A DNA stretch of 64,000 nt from contig CAISEW010000037.1 in NCBI GenBank assembly GCA_903884455.1, forward strand, positions 80,161-144,160, given 5' to 3'. Source of the DNA: an uncultured Chloroflexota bacterium. Its GTDB lineage: Bacteria; Chloroflexota; Dehalococcoidia; GIF9; AB-539-J10. Shown one piece after another: positions 1 to 11,108 of the stretch (its first letter is position 1; each line of letters begins with the position of its first letter). The position numbers and the translations under genes are program-made. The notes under the pieces are model-generated. The model had not been told where the DNA came from. It did no database searches and saw nothing but the letters and a program-made list of their open reading frames with translations.

Positions 1-603
1 CACCTGGTCAGCCCAGTTTAAGAAATCAGGCAGAATATCCGTGGCCCTGCCTTTCTGACCCATGCTACCATCCTCAGTGACGGGAATAAATTGAACTCCT
101 TTTGGTAAAGGCGAGAGTTTGCTTCGCTTTTTGACGGCCAAAGAAAAAGGATAGAGCTGAGCAGCAGTGCTCGCCCCATGAATTAAAGTTATCTGGTGCT
201 GAGATGAAGCATACTGCATCAAGAAAACGAGCGGAGCAATGCCAATTCCTCCAGCCACCAGCAGCAAGTGTTTTGATTTTGGTTCGATAGTAAACCCCTC
301 ACCTAAGGGGCCAAGAATGTCTAGTCTCTCGCCTGTTTGTCGCTGTGACAGCCAGAGGGTGCCTTTGCCCGCTACCTTGAACAGAAAGGCAATGTGGGAT
401 TGCTTCGCTTCGCTCGCAATGACATTATTGCTCCCAACTTGATGAACGCTGAAAGGGCGACGTAATGTGAAACCTACGCACCGCAATGTGATGAATTGCC
501 CCGGCTGAGCTGAGCAGGCTATATCTGATGCCTCAATCCACATGAGGTGTATGCCGGGCATGACCTCCGCATTAGAAGTTATGGAGCACAAGATTTGTTT
601 CAT
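1..603 (-). CDS. pyrK: dihydroorotate dehydrogenase electron-transfer subunit PyrK (C-terminus beyond window edge)
   Basis: Minus-strand ORF starting ATG at 603 (MKQILCSITSNAEVMPGIHLMWIEASD...PGQFITLRCVG..RRPFSV...GPLGEGF...GGIGIAPL); FAD/NAD-binding PyrK motifs; lies directly downstream of carB in the pyr operon; not in the ORF track because it runs off the window edge. Confidence 0.7.
   Translation of the reverse strand, partial: MKQILCSITSNAEVMPGIHLMWIEASDIACSAQPGQFITLRCVGFTLRRPFSVHQVGSNNVIASEAKQSHIAFLFKVAGKGTLWLSQRQTGERLDILGPLGEGFTIEPKSKHLLLVAGGIGIAPLVFLMQYASSQHQITLIHGASTAAQLYPFSLAVKKRSKLSPLPKGVQFIPVTEDGSMGQKGRATDILPDFLNWADQV
396..423. repeat. in-frame copy of the palindromic repeat core (GTCATTGCGAGCGAAGCGAAGCAATCCC on the coding strand) inside pyrK
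   Basis: Same core as the intergenic repeats at 48250-48368 and 51778-51939; encodes ..VIASEAKQSHIA.. within PyrK. Confidence 0.6.
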
Positions 604-631
604 GCTGAGGATTTATCCTATACTCTGCCCA

Positions 632-3600
632 TCATTTTCTGCTCTTTAAATACTCTCTGAGTGGTTGAACGTTAAAGATTTGGCTACTACTTGCTAGCGC
701 CTCTATAGCTACCCGAGCAGTATCTAATGAGGTGAAGCATGGTATCCTCTTTTCTGCCGCGGCACGCCTGATATCTAACCCGTCTTTTAGCGGAATGCGC
801 CCTCCAGTGATAGTATTAATCACTCCGCTCACAGAATTATCTTGAATAACATCAATAACGTTAGGATGCCCCTCGCTTAGCTTCTTGGTCACCATTTTTA
901 CTGGGAGCCCCATAGATTCAATCATCTCTGCGGTCCCCTCCGTGGCGTAGAGCTCATGGTGAAGGGAATGCAATTGCTTAATCAGAGGCTCGGCTTCAGC
1001 TTTATCCTTGTCGGCGATGCTAAGTAGCAGACTACCTCCTTGAGGCAGCATCAATCCAGAGGCTAAAAGGGCCTTAACCAAGGCTGCCTCAAAGGTGTAG
1101 TCAATCCCCATAACCTCGCCTGTGGATTTCATCTCAGGACCAAGGTAACTATCTACTCCAGTTAATTTGGACATAGAGAAAACGGGAGCTTTTATACCTA
1201 CCAACTTTTGTCTCTTCCGTAACCCGCCTTCGTAGCCCTGCTCCTTGAGGCTAATCCCAGCCATGACCTTAGTGGCAATTCTTACCATGGGCACGCCGGT
1301 TACCTTGGAGATAAAAGGCACGGTTCGGCTGGCGCGGGGATTTACCTCAAAAACATATACCGTTGAGCGACCATTTTCCCGCATGATTACCATCTGGACG
1401 TTCATCAACCCTTTAATTCCCAGAGCCAGTCCAATTCTGATGGTGTAATCCACCATGGCATTTACTTCGTCTTGAGTGAGATTGATTCCCGGGTAGATAG
1501 CCAAGGCATCACCGCTATGTACACCAGCTCTTTCAATATGCTCCATCACGCCAGGAATAAGAACCTTTTCCCCGTCGCAAATGGCATCTACCTCGACTTC
1601 TTTACCCTGGAAATATTTATCAACAAGCACAGGATGCTGGCTGTCCATCTCCAGAGCTAGTGTCAGGTAGCGGATTAACTCAGGTTCGTTGTACACGATT
1701 TCCATAGCCCGGCCCCCTAGAACATAGCTAGGGCGCACTAACACGGGATAACCTAAGGACTTGGCTACATTTAATGCCTCTTCAACGGATGTTACTCCAG
1801 CCCCCGGCGGCTGGGGAATCCCCAATCTGTCCAGGAAATCTTCAAAGCGACGGCGGTCTTCAGCTATGTCTATAGCTTCGGCACTCGAGCCGAGTATTGG
1901 TAGATTGTTGCGCGCTAGGACCCCAACCAAATTAATGGGTGTTTGTCCACCAAGCTGGACGATGGATGGTGGAGCAGAACCGTTATTACTCTCATTCTCA
2001 AGTATATTTCGGATGCTTTCCTCGTCCAACGCTTCGAAATAGAGGCGAGTACTGGTGTCAAAATCAGTGGAAACTGTCTCAGGATTAGAATTGACCAAGA
2101 TGCTCTTTATTCCTATCTCTTGAAGCGCCCAGGCTGAATGGACGCAGCAATAGTCAAACTCAATTCCCTGCCCGATGCGTATAGGCCCGCTGCCGATGAC
2201 CACAGCTTTCTTCCCTTCCAAAGGCGCGGCTTCGTTCTCTTTTTCATAGGTGCTGTAGAAATAAGGGGTCTCAGCATCAAATTCGGCAGCACAGGTATCC
2301 ACCATCTTGTACACCGGGCGAATTCGCCATTCATGGCGAGCCTGTCTTACCTGCTCCGGCAACCTATCGGCCAAAGTGCCCACTTGCTCATCGGAAAAGC
2401 CGAGCCTCTTCGCCTCCCATAAAAGCTCCGGTGTCAACGGTTCGGAAAGAAGCCTCCTCTCCATGTCCACAATATTCTGGAACTTATAAATAAACCAGGG
2501 GTCTATGCCGGTGACTTGGGAGAGCTCTTCGGGCGTGGCTTCCCTTCGCAGCGCCGCCATAATCGCCCATAGTCTTAAGTCGTTGGGGTGAAGGGGATAG
2601 GACTTAAGCCCTTCCTCTTTACTCCAACTGGGGTCTTCCCAGAGCAGGGTGCGTTTGCCGAATTCCAGGGAGCGCACTGCCTTTTGCATAGCAGCCTCAA
2701 AACACCTGTCAATGGCCATTACCTCACCAGTGGCTTTCATCTGGCTGCCAATTTTTCGGTCACCCAAAGCAAATTTATCAAAGGGCCATCTGGGAATCTT
2801 GACTACACAGTAATCCAGGGCTGGCTCGAAAGACGCCAGCGTTTTGCCTGTGACCTTATTAGGGATCTCATCAAGCCTCTTGCCTATGGCTATTTTGGCA
2901 GCCACCCGAGCAATAGGATAGCCAGTGGCTTTACTTGCTAAAGCTGAGCTACGGCTGACACGTGGGTTGACTTCGATTACGTGGTATTCGCTTCTTGTGA
3001 CTCCCTTTTGGTCTGGAGCCCATTTTCCCGCCACTATGGGATGTGGAGTAAGGGCAAACTGTATATTACAGCCACCCTCGATTTTCAAGGCTCTTATGAT
3101 TCTCAGACTGGCCGACCTGAGCATCTGGTATTCCTTGTCGGTGAGAGCTTGGCTAGGGGCTACCACGATGCTATCCCCGGTATGCACCCCCATAGGATCA
3201 ATGTTTTCCATATTACACACGGTAATGCAGTTATCAGCAGCATCCCGCATAACTTCGTATTCAATTTCCTTCCAGCCTAAAACGCACTGTTCCACCAGAA
3301 CTTCGTGGCTCATGCTGGAATCCAAGCCATTGGCAACAATCTGCTCAAGCTCTTTCATAGTGTAGGCGATGCCGCCGCCAGTGCCCCCCAGGGTGTACGA
3401 AGGACGGACGATGAGAGGCAAACCTATGGACCTTGCCAATTCTTTCGCCTCATTCACCGACTTCACCGTGGCGCTCTTAGGCACAGGCTCGCCAATATCA
3501 AGAAGAAGCTGCTTAAACAAAGACCTTTCCTCGGCCTTCTTTATTGTTTCTATAGGTGTGCCCAGAGACCGCACATTATACTTATCGAGTATGCCGGCAT

Positions 3601-3901
3601 CAGCTAACTCCACCGCCAGATTGAGCCCTGTCTGCCCCCCCAGGGTAGGCAATAAGCCATCGGGACGCTCTCTTTCAATTATGCGAGCCAAGACTTCCAC
3701 CGTGAGCGGCTCGATATAGACAATGTCAGCTATCTCCTCATCAGTCATAATTGTGGCCGGGTTTGAGTTCACCAGGACTGTGGTCACGCCTTCCTCCCTC
3801 AGTGCCCGGCAGGCCTGAGTCCCGGAATAATCGAACTCCGCCGCCTGCCCAATGATTATCGGCCCCGAGCCAATGACTAAGACTTTAGATAGTTTGGACA
3901 T
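632..3901 (-). CDS. carB: carbamoyl-phosphate synthase large subunit
   Basis: 1089-aa ORF with duplicated ATP-grasp halves, an MGS-like C-terminal domain and a typical CarB N-terminus [27 protein letters not shown]. Confidence 0.95.
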   Translation of the reverse strand: MSKLSKVLVIGSGPIIIGQAAEFDYSGTQACRALREEGVTTVLVNSNPATIMTDEEIADIVYIEPLTVEVLARIIERERPDGLLPTLGGQTGLNLAVELADAGILDKYNVRSLGTPIETIKKAEERSLFKQLLLDIGEPVPKSATVKSVNEAKELARSIGLPLIVRPSYTLGGTGGGIAYTMKELEQIVANGLDSSMSHEVLVEQCVLGWKEIEYEVMRDAADNCITVCNMENIDPMGVHTGDSIVVAPSQALTDKEYQMLRSASLRIIRALKIEGGCNIQFALTPHPIVAGKWAPDQKGVTRSEYHVIEVNPRVSRSSALASKATGYPIARVAAKIAIGKRLDEIPNKVTGKTLASFEPALDYCVVKIPRWPFDKFALGDRKIGSQMKATGEVMAIDRCFEAAMQKAVRSLEFGKRTLLWEDPSWSKEEGLKSYPLHPNDLRLWAIMAALRREATPEELSQVTGIDPWFIYKFQNIVDMERRLLSEPLTPELLWEAKRLGFSDEQVGTLADRLPEQVRQARHEWRIRPVYKMVDTCAAEFDAETPYFYSTYEKENEAAPLEGKKAVVIGSGPIRIGQGIEFDYCCVHSAWALQEIGIKSILVNSNPETVSTDFDTSTRLYFEALDEESIRNILENESNNGSAPPSIVQLGGQTPINLVGVLARNNLPILGSSAEAIDIAEDRRRFEDFLDRLGIPQPPGAGVTSVEEALNVAKSLGYPVLVRPSYVLGGRAMEIVYNEPELIRYLTLALEMDSQHPVLVDKYFQGKEVEVDAICDGEKVLIPGVMEHIERAGVHSGDALAIYPGINLTQDEVNAMVDYTIRIGLALGIKGLMNVQMVIMRENGRSTVYVFEVNPRASRTVPFISKVTGVPMVRIATKVMAGISLKEQGYEGGLRKRQKLVGIKAPVFSMSKLTGVDSYLGPEMKSTGEVMGIDYTFEAALVKALLASGLMLPQGGSLLLSIADKDKAEAEPLIKQLHSLHHELYATEGTAEMIESMGLPVKMVTKKLSEGHPNVIDVIQDNSVSGVINTITGGRIPLKDGLDIRRAAAEKRIPCFTSLDTARVAIEALASSSQIFNVQPLREYLKSRK

Positions 3902-3918
3902 ATATTCTCTTTTCTATT

Positions 3919-5058
3919 CTAGCCTCTCACCATCTCCAGAAATCTCTCAAATAGATACATGTTGTCCAGCGGGCCCGGGGAAGCTTCGGAGTGATATTGA
4001 ATGGACAGGATGGGCAAGTCCTGGTGGCGAAGGCCCTCCACCGTGCCATCGTTTAAGTTGATGTGGCTGACTTCGAGTCCTCCTTTTAGAGTATCGGCGT
4101 CTATAGCATAGCCATGGTTCTGAGCGGTAATATAGACCCTGCTGGTAGCTAAATCACGCACAGGATGGTTGCCGCCGCGGTGCCCAAATTTGAGCTTAAA
4201 GGTCTGGGCTCCCAAGGCTTTGCCTATAAGCTGATGCCCCAGGCATATGCCCATTATGGGCTTCTTACCTATAAGATTTCTTACCGTCTCCGCTATGTCA
4301 CCAAGGAGGGCAGGGTCGCCAGGGCCAGGTGATAAGACAATGCCATCGGGATTTAAGGCCAAGACATCTTTTGCTGAAGTAGTGCACGAGATAGCGGTTG
4401 CCTGGCAGCCCAGTTGACTCAAAATGCGCAGTATATTGTATTTCAAGCCATAGTCGATAACCGCGATATGAGATTGCTTCGCTTCGCCCTCACCTTTATC
4501 CTCTCCCTTCAAGGGAGAGGAAATCAAATTCGCAGTGGCAGGCGCATGGGATTGCCACTCATATGCCTTCTCGGTGCTAACCTGATGAACAAAATCAGTA
4601 ACATCATATCTGGGTAAGGTTTTTAGCTCTTCTGACGCCTCCTCAACTGTCATTTCCGAAGTGACCATTCCCATCATGGCTCCTTGCAAGCGTAAGTGAC
4701 GAGTCAAGGCACGGGTATCTATGCCGCTGATGCCAGGAATGCCGTAGGCCAGCAGAAATTCGTGCAAAGTCCGGGTGCTTTGCCAGTGGCTGGGGCGAGG
4801 GCAATATTCTCGAACAGCTAAACCTCTGACCTGAATTTGCTTGGATTCAAAATCGGATTCGTTGATGCCATAGTTGCCAATCAAAGGATAAGTAGGGACC
4901 AGGATTTGGCCAGCGAAGGACGGGTCGGTGAGCATTTCCTGATAACCGGTCATGCTCGTACTGAATACTACCTCACCATAGGTAGTAGCCTTGGCGCCAA
5001 AGGAATGGCCTTCATAAACCGACCCATCTTCGAGGACTAAAATCGCTTTCCTAGCCAT
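3919..5058 (-). CDS. carA: carbamoyl-phosphate synthase small subunit (glutamine amidotransferase)
   Basis: 379 aa; class-I GATase motif GICLGHQ; immediately upstream of carB; carries an extra ~18-aa segment (SSPLKGEDKGEGEAKQSH) coded by a repeat insertion. Confidence 0.93.
   Translation of the reverse strand: MARKAILVLEDGSVYEGHSFGAKATTYGEVVFSTSMTGYQEMLTDPSFAGQILVPTYPLIGNYGINESDFESKQIQVRGLAVREYCPRPSHWQSTRTLHEFLLAYGIPGISGIDTRALTRHLRLQGAMMGMVTSEMTVEEASEELKTLPRYDVTDFVHQVSTEKAYEWQSHAPATANLISSPLKGEDKGEGEAKQSHIAVIDYGLKYNILRILSQLGCQATAISCTTSAKDVLALNPDGIVLSPGPGDPALLGDIAETVRNLIGKKPIMGICLGHQLIGKALGAQTFKLKFGHRGGNHPVRDLATSRVYITAQNHGYAIDADTLKGGLEVSHINLNDGTVEGLRHQDLPILSIQYHSEASPGPLDNMYLFERFLEMVRG
4467..4530. 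repeat. in-frame palindromic repeat insertion in carA (GCGAAGCGAAGCAATC core plus CTCTCCCTTCAAGGGAGAG palindrome)
   Basis: Shares a ~22-bp core with the pyrK copy and the intergenic MITE-like clusters; encodes ..GEAKQSHIA.. just as the pyrK copy encodes ..SEAKQSHIA.. Confidence 0.55.
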
Positions 5059-5073
5059 GAGGTTCTTTTACCC

Positions 5074-6432
5074 TCACTTATGCCTCCTTCCTTCAGGGGA
5101 GAGGGCAAGGGATAACAAAGAATCATCTACATAAACTATCCTACCATTTGCTATGGTCGCCATTACCTTGCCCTTAAACTGATAGCCATCGTAAGGAGTA
5201 TTTTTGCCTTTGGAGGCGAAATTGCGGCTATTCACTATCCATTCCCGGTCAGGGTCAAGTATGGTGATATTAGCTGGGGCGCCTGTCTTTAAGGTGCCTA
5301 GTTCATCATTTCTACCAATGACTTTTGCTGGCTCACAGGTTAGCTTAGAAATCAGTTGAGTAAGGCTTATTTCTCCTTGGTGCACCAAGCTCATGAGGCA
5401 GCCCAAAGCAGTTTCAAAGCCACTGATGCCAAAAGCAGCTAGCTCTAGCCCACAATTTTTGTCCGCCAGGGTATGCGGTGCATGGTCGGTGGCGATAGCA
5501 GCGATTGTTCCGTCTTTAAGTCCCTTGATTAGGACTTGGACATCCTCTTTGGTGCGCAGGGGCGGGTTTACTTTGGCATTGGTATCAAAGGGTTTGTTGG
5601 GGGACTCGCCCGCAATTCTTTCTTCGGTTAACGTCAGGTGATGAGGTGTGACCTCGGCGGTTACCGGAATCCCTTCTTTCCTGGCACGGCGAATAAGCTC
5701 CACAGAGCCCTTGGTGCTTACATGGGCAATGTGAAGTCTGGCCTTGGTCAACTTTGCCAGAATCAAGTCACGGGCTACCATAACCTCCTCAGCGGCTGCG
5801 GGAATTCCTTTTAGTCCCAACTTAGCAGACATCTGACCTTCGTTTATGATTCCATTGTCACTCAGCGCCTTATCCTCACAATGGTCGATGATTGGCAAGC
5901 CCAGGTCTCGGCTATACTCCAGGGCACGACGCATAAGCTGTGAACTTGCCACGGGGTCGCCATCGTCGCTAAAAGCAACCACCCCGGCTTCAGCCAGCCC
6001 AGCCATATCGGTTAATTCCTCGCCTTTCCTACCTTTAGTGATACAGCCTATGGGAAGAACGGCAACCAAACTATCCTTGCTCGCTTTTCGCTTCACCCGG
6101 GCTACAGCAGATGGGCTATCTAGGGGCGGATTGGTATTTGCCATACAGCAGACAGTGGTAAAACCACCTATGGCGGCTGCTTTTGTCCCTGTGGCGATTG
6201 TTTCCTTATCCTCAAAACCTGGCTCCCGGAGATGACAGTGGAGGTCTATAAAGCTGGGACAGACAATTAGTCCCGTGGCATCTAAATTCTGCGCCTTGCT
6301 TGAAATGACAGTGCCCCCTACCTGCACAATCTTGCCCTCAGCAATAAGCAAGTCACCAACCTGGTCTATGCCCTGGCTGGGGTCAATTATATGGCCGCCG
6401 CGGATAAGCAGAGAGATAACTTCCTTATTCAT
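5074..6432 (-). CDS. pyrC: dihydroorotase
   Basis: 452 aa; metal-binding DLHCHLREPG motif; position inside the pyr operon. Confidence 0.9.
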   Translation of the reverse strand: MNKEVISLLIRGGHIIDPSQGIDQVGDLLIAEGKIVQVGGTVISSKAQNLDATGLIVCPSFIDLHCHLREPGFEDKETIATGTKAAAIGGFTTVCCMANTNPPLDSPSAVARVKRKASKDSLVAVLPIGCITKGRKGEELTDMAGLAEAGVVAFSDDGDPVASSQLMRRALEYSRDLGLPIIDHCEDKALSDNGIINEGQMSAKLGLKGIPAAAEEVMVARDLILAKLTKARLHIAHVSTKGSVELIRRARKEGIPVTAEVTPHHLTLTEERIAGESPNKPFDTNAKVNPPLRTKEDVQVLIKGLKDGTIAAIATDHAPHTLADKNCGLELAAFGISGFETALGCLMSLVHQGEISLTQLISKLTCEPAKVIGRNDELGTLKTGAPANITILDPDREWIVNSRNFASKGKNTPYDGYQFKGKVMATIANGRIVYVDDSLLSLALSPEGRRHK

Positions 6433-7832
6433 TGTCTGATAAAGCTGCTGGGTTTGAAATGCTGAGCCTGAGCTTCATTTTCCGAAGCAAAAATAATCAG
6501 ATTCTCGGGTTTAATCTTCCGGGCCAAGTGGCTATCAGCGCTGTGATATCTCTTGTTCTCCAACCTCCCTTCATGCCAATCTGAACTGGCGACATATTGA
6601 GGATGAAGCTCATGGTCACAATAGATACACCGCAACGTTAAAGGCTCGCGACTTACTATTTTGAACTCAGGCTTTATGTATCTTACTTCGGTTTGCTGGT
6701 TTGAGACACAGTTTATATTGGGGCACTTGCCCCCGGAATCTCGCTTATAAACGGGATAATCTACCTTCCTGATAAAGGAATCCTCCTCTTCAGGAATTGT
6801 GACTTCCTTGGCGCCCAATAAGAGAGCCAAGAGCGCCATTCTGACGGGCATCCCGTAAGCTGCCTGCTTGAAATACATGCTTCTGGGGTCGGCATCCACA
6901 TCATGGGCCAACTCATCAACACGGGGCAGCGGATGCATAACCAATGTTTTCTTAAACTCCTTTCCTTTAAGGAGTTTTTTATCTACCACCAGGTAGCCTT
7001 TTTTCAACTCTTGTTCCTCCACCGTGGGCGCTTGTCTTTCCTTTTGAAGCCTGGTGACATAAAGGGCATCAACCCCTGCCTTCAGTTCCACTCGGATACT
7101 TAGGTCAGGCAACATGGCAAGTTGATGTGGGCTACTGGGAGTCAAGTATATGGCATCGATAGGGAAGAGCCTCCTTTCAGGTTCTTGGTTCAGATTCCTA
7201 CATCTTTTCAGCTCGCCTTTATATTCTGTGTTTAGTCTCCTTAGGACATGCTCCGGCATCTCAAGCCCGGGGCCGGGGCAGAAAAGGATAGTGGCACCAA
7301 ACCTGGCTAAGGCATAGATCAGGGAATGGACTGTTCGCCCGTGTTTCAAGTCTCCCCACAGAGCAATTCTGAGCCCCTTAATAGTCTGCCTTTCTTTTCT
7401 AAGGGTGTAGAGGTCGCATAAGGTTTGGGTGGGGTGTTCATGGCTCCCGTCGCCAGCATTTATCACAGGGACGCCAGCGTAGTCGGCAACCACCCTGGCT
7501 GCTCCTTCCCAGGGATGTCTGATAACAATTATATCGGCATAGCTTCCGACCACTTTCGCCATATCAGCAATGCTTTCGCCTTTGGCCAGGGAGCTTGCTC
7601 CTATGTCGACGGCAGTTATGACACGACCTCCGAGTCTGAGCATCCCAGCTTCAAAAGACAGTCTTGTTCTGGTGCTTGGCTCAAAAAACAAGCTGGCCAT
7701 AATCTTCCCCTGGCATAGTCCGGCCTGCTCATTTGGAGAGTTCGCCATCTCGTCTGCTAAGGAAAACAATGCTTCGATTTCCCCGTTGGATAAATCATCT
7801 ATAGTCACCAGATTTCTACTTGACAGATTCAT
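6429..7832 (-). CDS. pyrB: aspartate carbamoyltransferase catalytic chain fused to a PyrI-type zinc domain
   Basis: 467 aa. The N-terminal ~310 aa carry ATCase motifs (STRTR, HPxQ-like, HPLPR). The C-terminus carries CPNINC...LRCIYCDHEL, matching the PyrI zinc domain (E. coli CPNSNC...LKCKYCEKEF). No PyrI allosteric domain is visible. Confidence 0.85.
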   Translation of the reverse strand: MNLSSRNLVTIDDLSNGEIEALFSLADEMANSPNEQAGLCQGKIMASLFFEPSTRTRLSFEAGMLRLGGRVITAVDIGASSLAKGESIADMAKVVGSYADIIVIRHPWEGAARVVADYAGVPVINAGDGSHEHPTQTLCDLYTLRKERQTIKGLRIALWGDLKHGRTVHSLIYALARFGATILFCPGPGLEMPEHVLRRLNTEYKGELKRCRNLNQEPERRLFPIDAIYLTPSSPHQLAMLPDLSIRVELKAGVDALYVTRLQKERQAPTVEEQELKKGYLVVDKKLLKGKEFKKTLVMHPLPRVDELAHDVDADPRSMYFKQAAYGMPVRMALLALLLGAKEVTIPEEEDSFIRKVDYPVYKRDSGGKCPNINCVSNQQTEVRYIKPEFKIVSREPLTLRCIYCDHELHPQYVASSDWHEGRLENKRYHSADSHLARKIKPENLIIFASENEAQAQHFKPSSFIRQ

Positions 7833-7861
7833 GATTGCTTCCCCTCTTCAATTTCCTCTAG

Positions 7862-8510
<649 letters not shown>

Positions 8511-8663
8511 AAGGTCTAATTAATTATTATGACACAATTATAAAAACAATGCAACTTTTACCTGGATACAATAACTGTCAGCTGTTGGGCGGTGAGAATC
8601 AGGGAATATTGTCCTTAAGACCTCCTTAGACCTTTGCAAAAAGGAATTTGCTGCAGTAACGTC

Positions 8664-8697
8664 GAGGAAAAGGGTAGCGGAAGCTACCCCTTTCCCC
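8664..8697 (-). terminator. candidate intrinsic terminator after ftsZ
   Basis: Imperfect hairpin GGGTAGC-ggaa-GCTACCC with flanking A/T runs about 20 bp downstream of the ftsZ stop; minus-strand reading gives a stem followed by CUUUUCC. Confidence 0.35.
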
Positions 8698-8714
8698 TAA
8701 TATGAGGCTTAGGT

Positions 8715-9845
8715 TTACTGTCGAGAAATTTTGGTCGGTTGTGGATTAACCGTTGTAGTAGTTTGGGACTTGCTCTCCAGATGGGCAACTGGAAAACGGG
8801 GAGTACGGCGCATGAAAGAGGGCATATCGAGAGCATTGCTGCCGCCTCTTATCAGGCGACGAAGCTCCTCGGAGCTGCGTACTCCTGTGCCAGCTAACTT
8901 AGCGAAGCCAGTAGCGATAACAGTGATTCGAACATCGCTATCCATCTTGGGGTCAAAGACCACGCCAAAGATTATGTTGGCTTCGGGGTCCACTGCTTGG
9001 CCAATTACTTGGGCAGCCTCATTACACTCAAACAGGGAGAGACTTGGGCCACCAGTAATATTGAATAGCACCCCTGTGGCTCCGGCTATGGATACGTCGA
9101 GCAACGGGCTAGCCATAGCAGCCTTAGCCGCTTCAGTAGCGCGATTTTGCCCGCTGGCTTTACCCACAGACATCCAGGCTGGGCCAGCATCTTTCATTAC
9201 CGATTTAATATCAGCGAAGTCCAGGTTGATCAGTCCCGGGACGGTAACTACTTCGGAGATAGCCTGAACCCCCAAACGAAGAGCATCGTCAGCCAGCTTG
9301 AATGCGTTGTCCACACTCGTCTTGGCATCACAGAGCTGAAGAAGGCGGTCATTAGGTATGATGATAAGTGTATCAACCTTGTTCGTGAGTTCAACCAGCC
9401 CTTCCTCGGCTACTAGGCTTCTATGCGTTCCCTCAAAAGTAAAGGGTTTGGTCACCACTGCGATGGTGAGGGCGCCACTCTTTTTAGCTATTTCAGCCAC
9501 TACAGGGATGCCACCTGTGCCTGTGCCACCGCCCATGCCGGCGGCAATAAACACCATATCAGCACCCTTAACAACGTCTTCAATTACGTCGATGCTTTCT
9601 TCCGCTGCCTTGGCTCCAACCTTATGGTCACCACCAGCGCCCAAACCCCTGGTCAATTTCTCGCCCAGTTGAATTCTGGTAGGGGCCTCGGCCAGAGCCA
9701 GTGCTTGACCATCGGTATTCATGGCTATGAAGTCAACGCCCTTTATGCCTTCACGGACCATACGAGTAATAGCATTGGAGCCGCCGCCACCAATGCCTAT
9801 AGCTTTGATTCTTGCTGGACTTGGAGTATAAATTTGTTTTGCCAT
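8715..9845 (-). CDS. ftsZ: cell division protein FtsZ
   Basis: 376 aa; tubulin signature GGGTGTGGIPV; N-terminus GIGGGGSNA. Confidence 0.95.
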   Translation of the reverse strand: MAKQIYTPSPARIKAIGIGGGGSNAITRMVREGIKGVDFIAMNTDGQALALAEAPTRIQLGEKLTRGLGAGGDHKVGAKAAEESIDVIEDVVKGADMVFIAAGMGGGTGTGGIPVVAEIAKKSGALTIAVVTKPFTFEGTHRSLVAEEGLVELTNKVDTLIIIPNDRLLQLCDAKTSVDNAFKLADDALRLGVQAISEVVTVPGLINLDFADIKSVMKDAGPAWMSVGKASGQNRATEAAKAAMASPLLDVSIAGATGVLFNITGGPSLSLFECNEAAQVIGQAVDPEANIIFGVVFDPKMDSDVRITVIATGFAKLAGTGVRSSEELRRLIRGGSNALDMPSFMRRTPRFPVAHLESKSQTTTTVNPQPTKISRQ

Positions 9846-9864
9846 TCTAACCTCCTTTCACAAA

Positions 9865-11085
9865 TCAGGCACGAAACAGCCTTCTAAATAGACTTACAAA
9901 GTTGCCCCAGACACCAGCGCTTTTTACTTGGAAAGCCCCCTCTTTGCCTCGTATCGGCCATAGGAGTAATCCCACGGTAGTAGCGTAAGCCGGGTCCTGA
10001 AGGATATCGGAAATGCCATAGATGCCTGTGTTCAAAGGTCGACCTTTGCGTACCGGGATTCGCAAAACTGACTGTCCTAACTCGTCAAGCCCGGGTAGGT
10101 TAGTTGTGCCACCTGTGAGCACTAAACCACAAGGCGCCAAAGCATTGTAATCGCTAGTGGGCATCTCCATTAATATGAGTTGGAGCAACTCCTCCATGCG
10201 AGCCCGGATGATATGGCATAGGTCTTTATAAGAGGCGCTATGACCATTTTCGAGACCCACTTGGGCCGCTTCGTCAAGCTCTAAAGTGGGGGTGACGTTG
10301 CCATATCTCTTCTTCATCTTTTCCGCAATACCAAAAGGCAGGCCCAAGCCTATAGAGATATCGCTGGTTACCTGATAACCGGCTACTGGAATGATAGCGG
10401 TGTGATAGATGCTGCCATTCTTAAATACCGCTATATCCGTGGTCCCGCCCCCTATGTCAGCCATAATAACACCCGTGTCTCTTTCCTCCGGAGTCAATAC
10501 TGCCTCTCCGCTAGCCAGGGGCTCAAGGATGAGGTCTTCAACGTCAATACCGATACTGCGGATGCATTTAGCCAGGTTTTGTATCGAACTCACTGAAGCA
10601 GTGATGATATGGGTTTCTACATCTAACCTGCGCCCATGCATGCCTACCGGCTGTGTCACTCCTTCCTGTCCATCCAGTGAGTAAGAGCGAGGAATAGCAT
10701 GGAGCACCTTCTTTCCTTCGGCGACGGTGACATTACGAGCCGCAGATAGCGCCCGCTTAAGGTCCTGAGTGCGCACCAATCGATCATCTCGCGGGATAGA
10801 TATTACCCCCCGATTATTCAGACTAGTTATATGTCTGCCGGTAACCCCAACATAGGCAGAATCTATATGTATGCCACTAACTCTTTGAGCTTCCTTTACC
10901 GATGTGGCAATGGATTGTTTGGCTTCATCCATATTAACTAAGATGCCTTTATGTAGGCCGTGAGAGGGAACGACTCCCACTCCTAAAATTTCAATGTCAT
11001 CTTCTGCTTTGACATTAGCCACGAGAGTGGCTATTTTAGTTGTGCCCACATCAATAGCTGAAATGATTTTCTTTGCCATTTTCAC
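9865..11085 (-). CDS. ftsA: cell division protein FtsA
   Basis: 406 aa actin-like ATPase (AIDVGTTKI, DIGGGTTD); immediately upstream of ftsZ. Confidence 0.9.
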   Translation of the reverse strand: MKMAKKIISAIDVGTTKIATLVANVKAEDDIEILGVGVVPSHGLHKGILVNMDEAKQSIATSVKEAQRVSGIHIDSAYVGVTGRHITSLNNRGVISIPRDDRLVRTQDLKRALSAARNVTVAEGKKVLHAIPRSYSLDGQEGVTQPVGMHGRRLDVETHIITASVSSIQNLAKCIRSIGIDVEDLILEPLASGEAVLTPEERDTGVIMADIGGGTTDIAVFKNGSIYHTAIIPVAGYQVTSDISIGLGLPFGIAEKMKKRYGNVTPTLELDEAAQVGLENGHSASYKDLCHIIRARMEELLQLILMEMPTSDYNALAPCGLVLTGGTTNLPGLDELGQSVLRIPVRKGRPLNTGIYGISDILQDPAYATTVGLLLWPIRGKEGAFQVKSAGVWGNFVSLFRRLFRA

Positions 11086-11108
11086 CTCCTTTTTGGTGAG
11101 AATACTGC

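Noticed and set aside
8731-9887. Several plus-strand ORFs of 89-178 aa
   Set aside because: They lie antisense within ftsZ.
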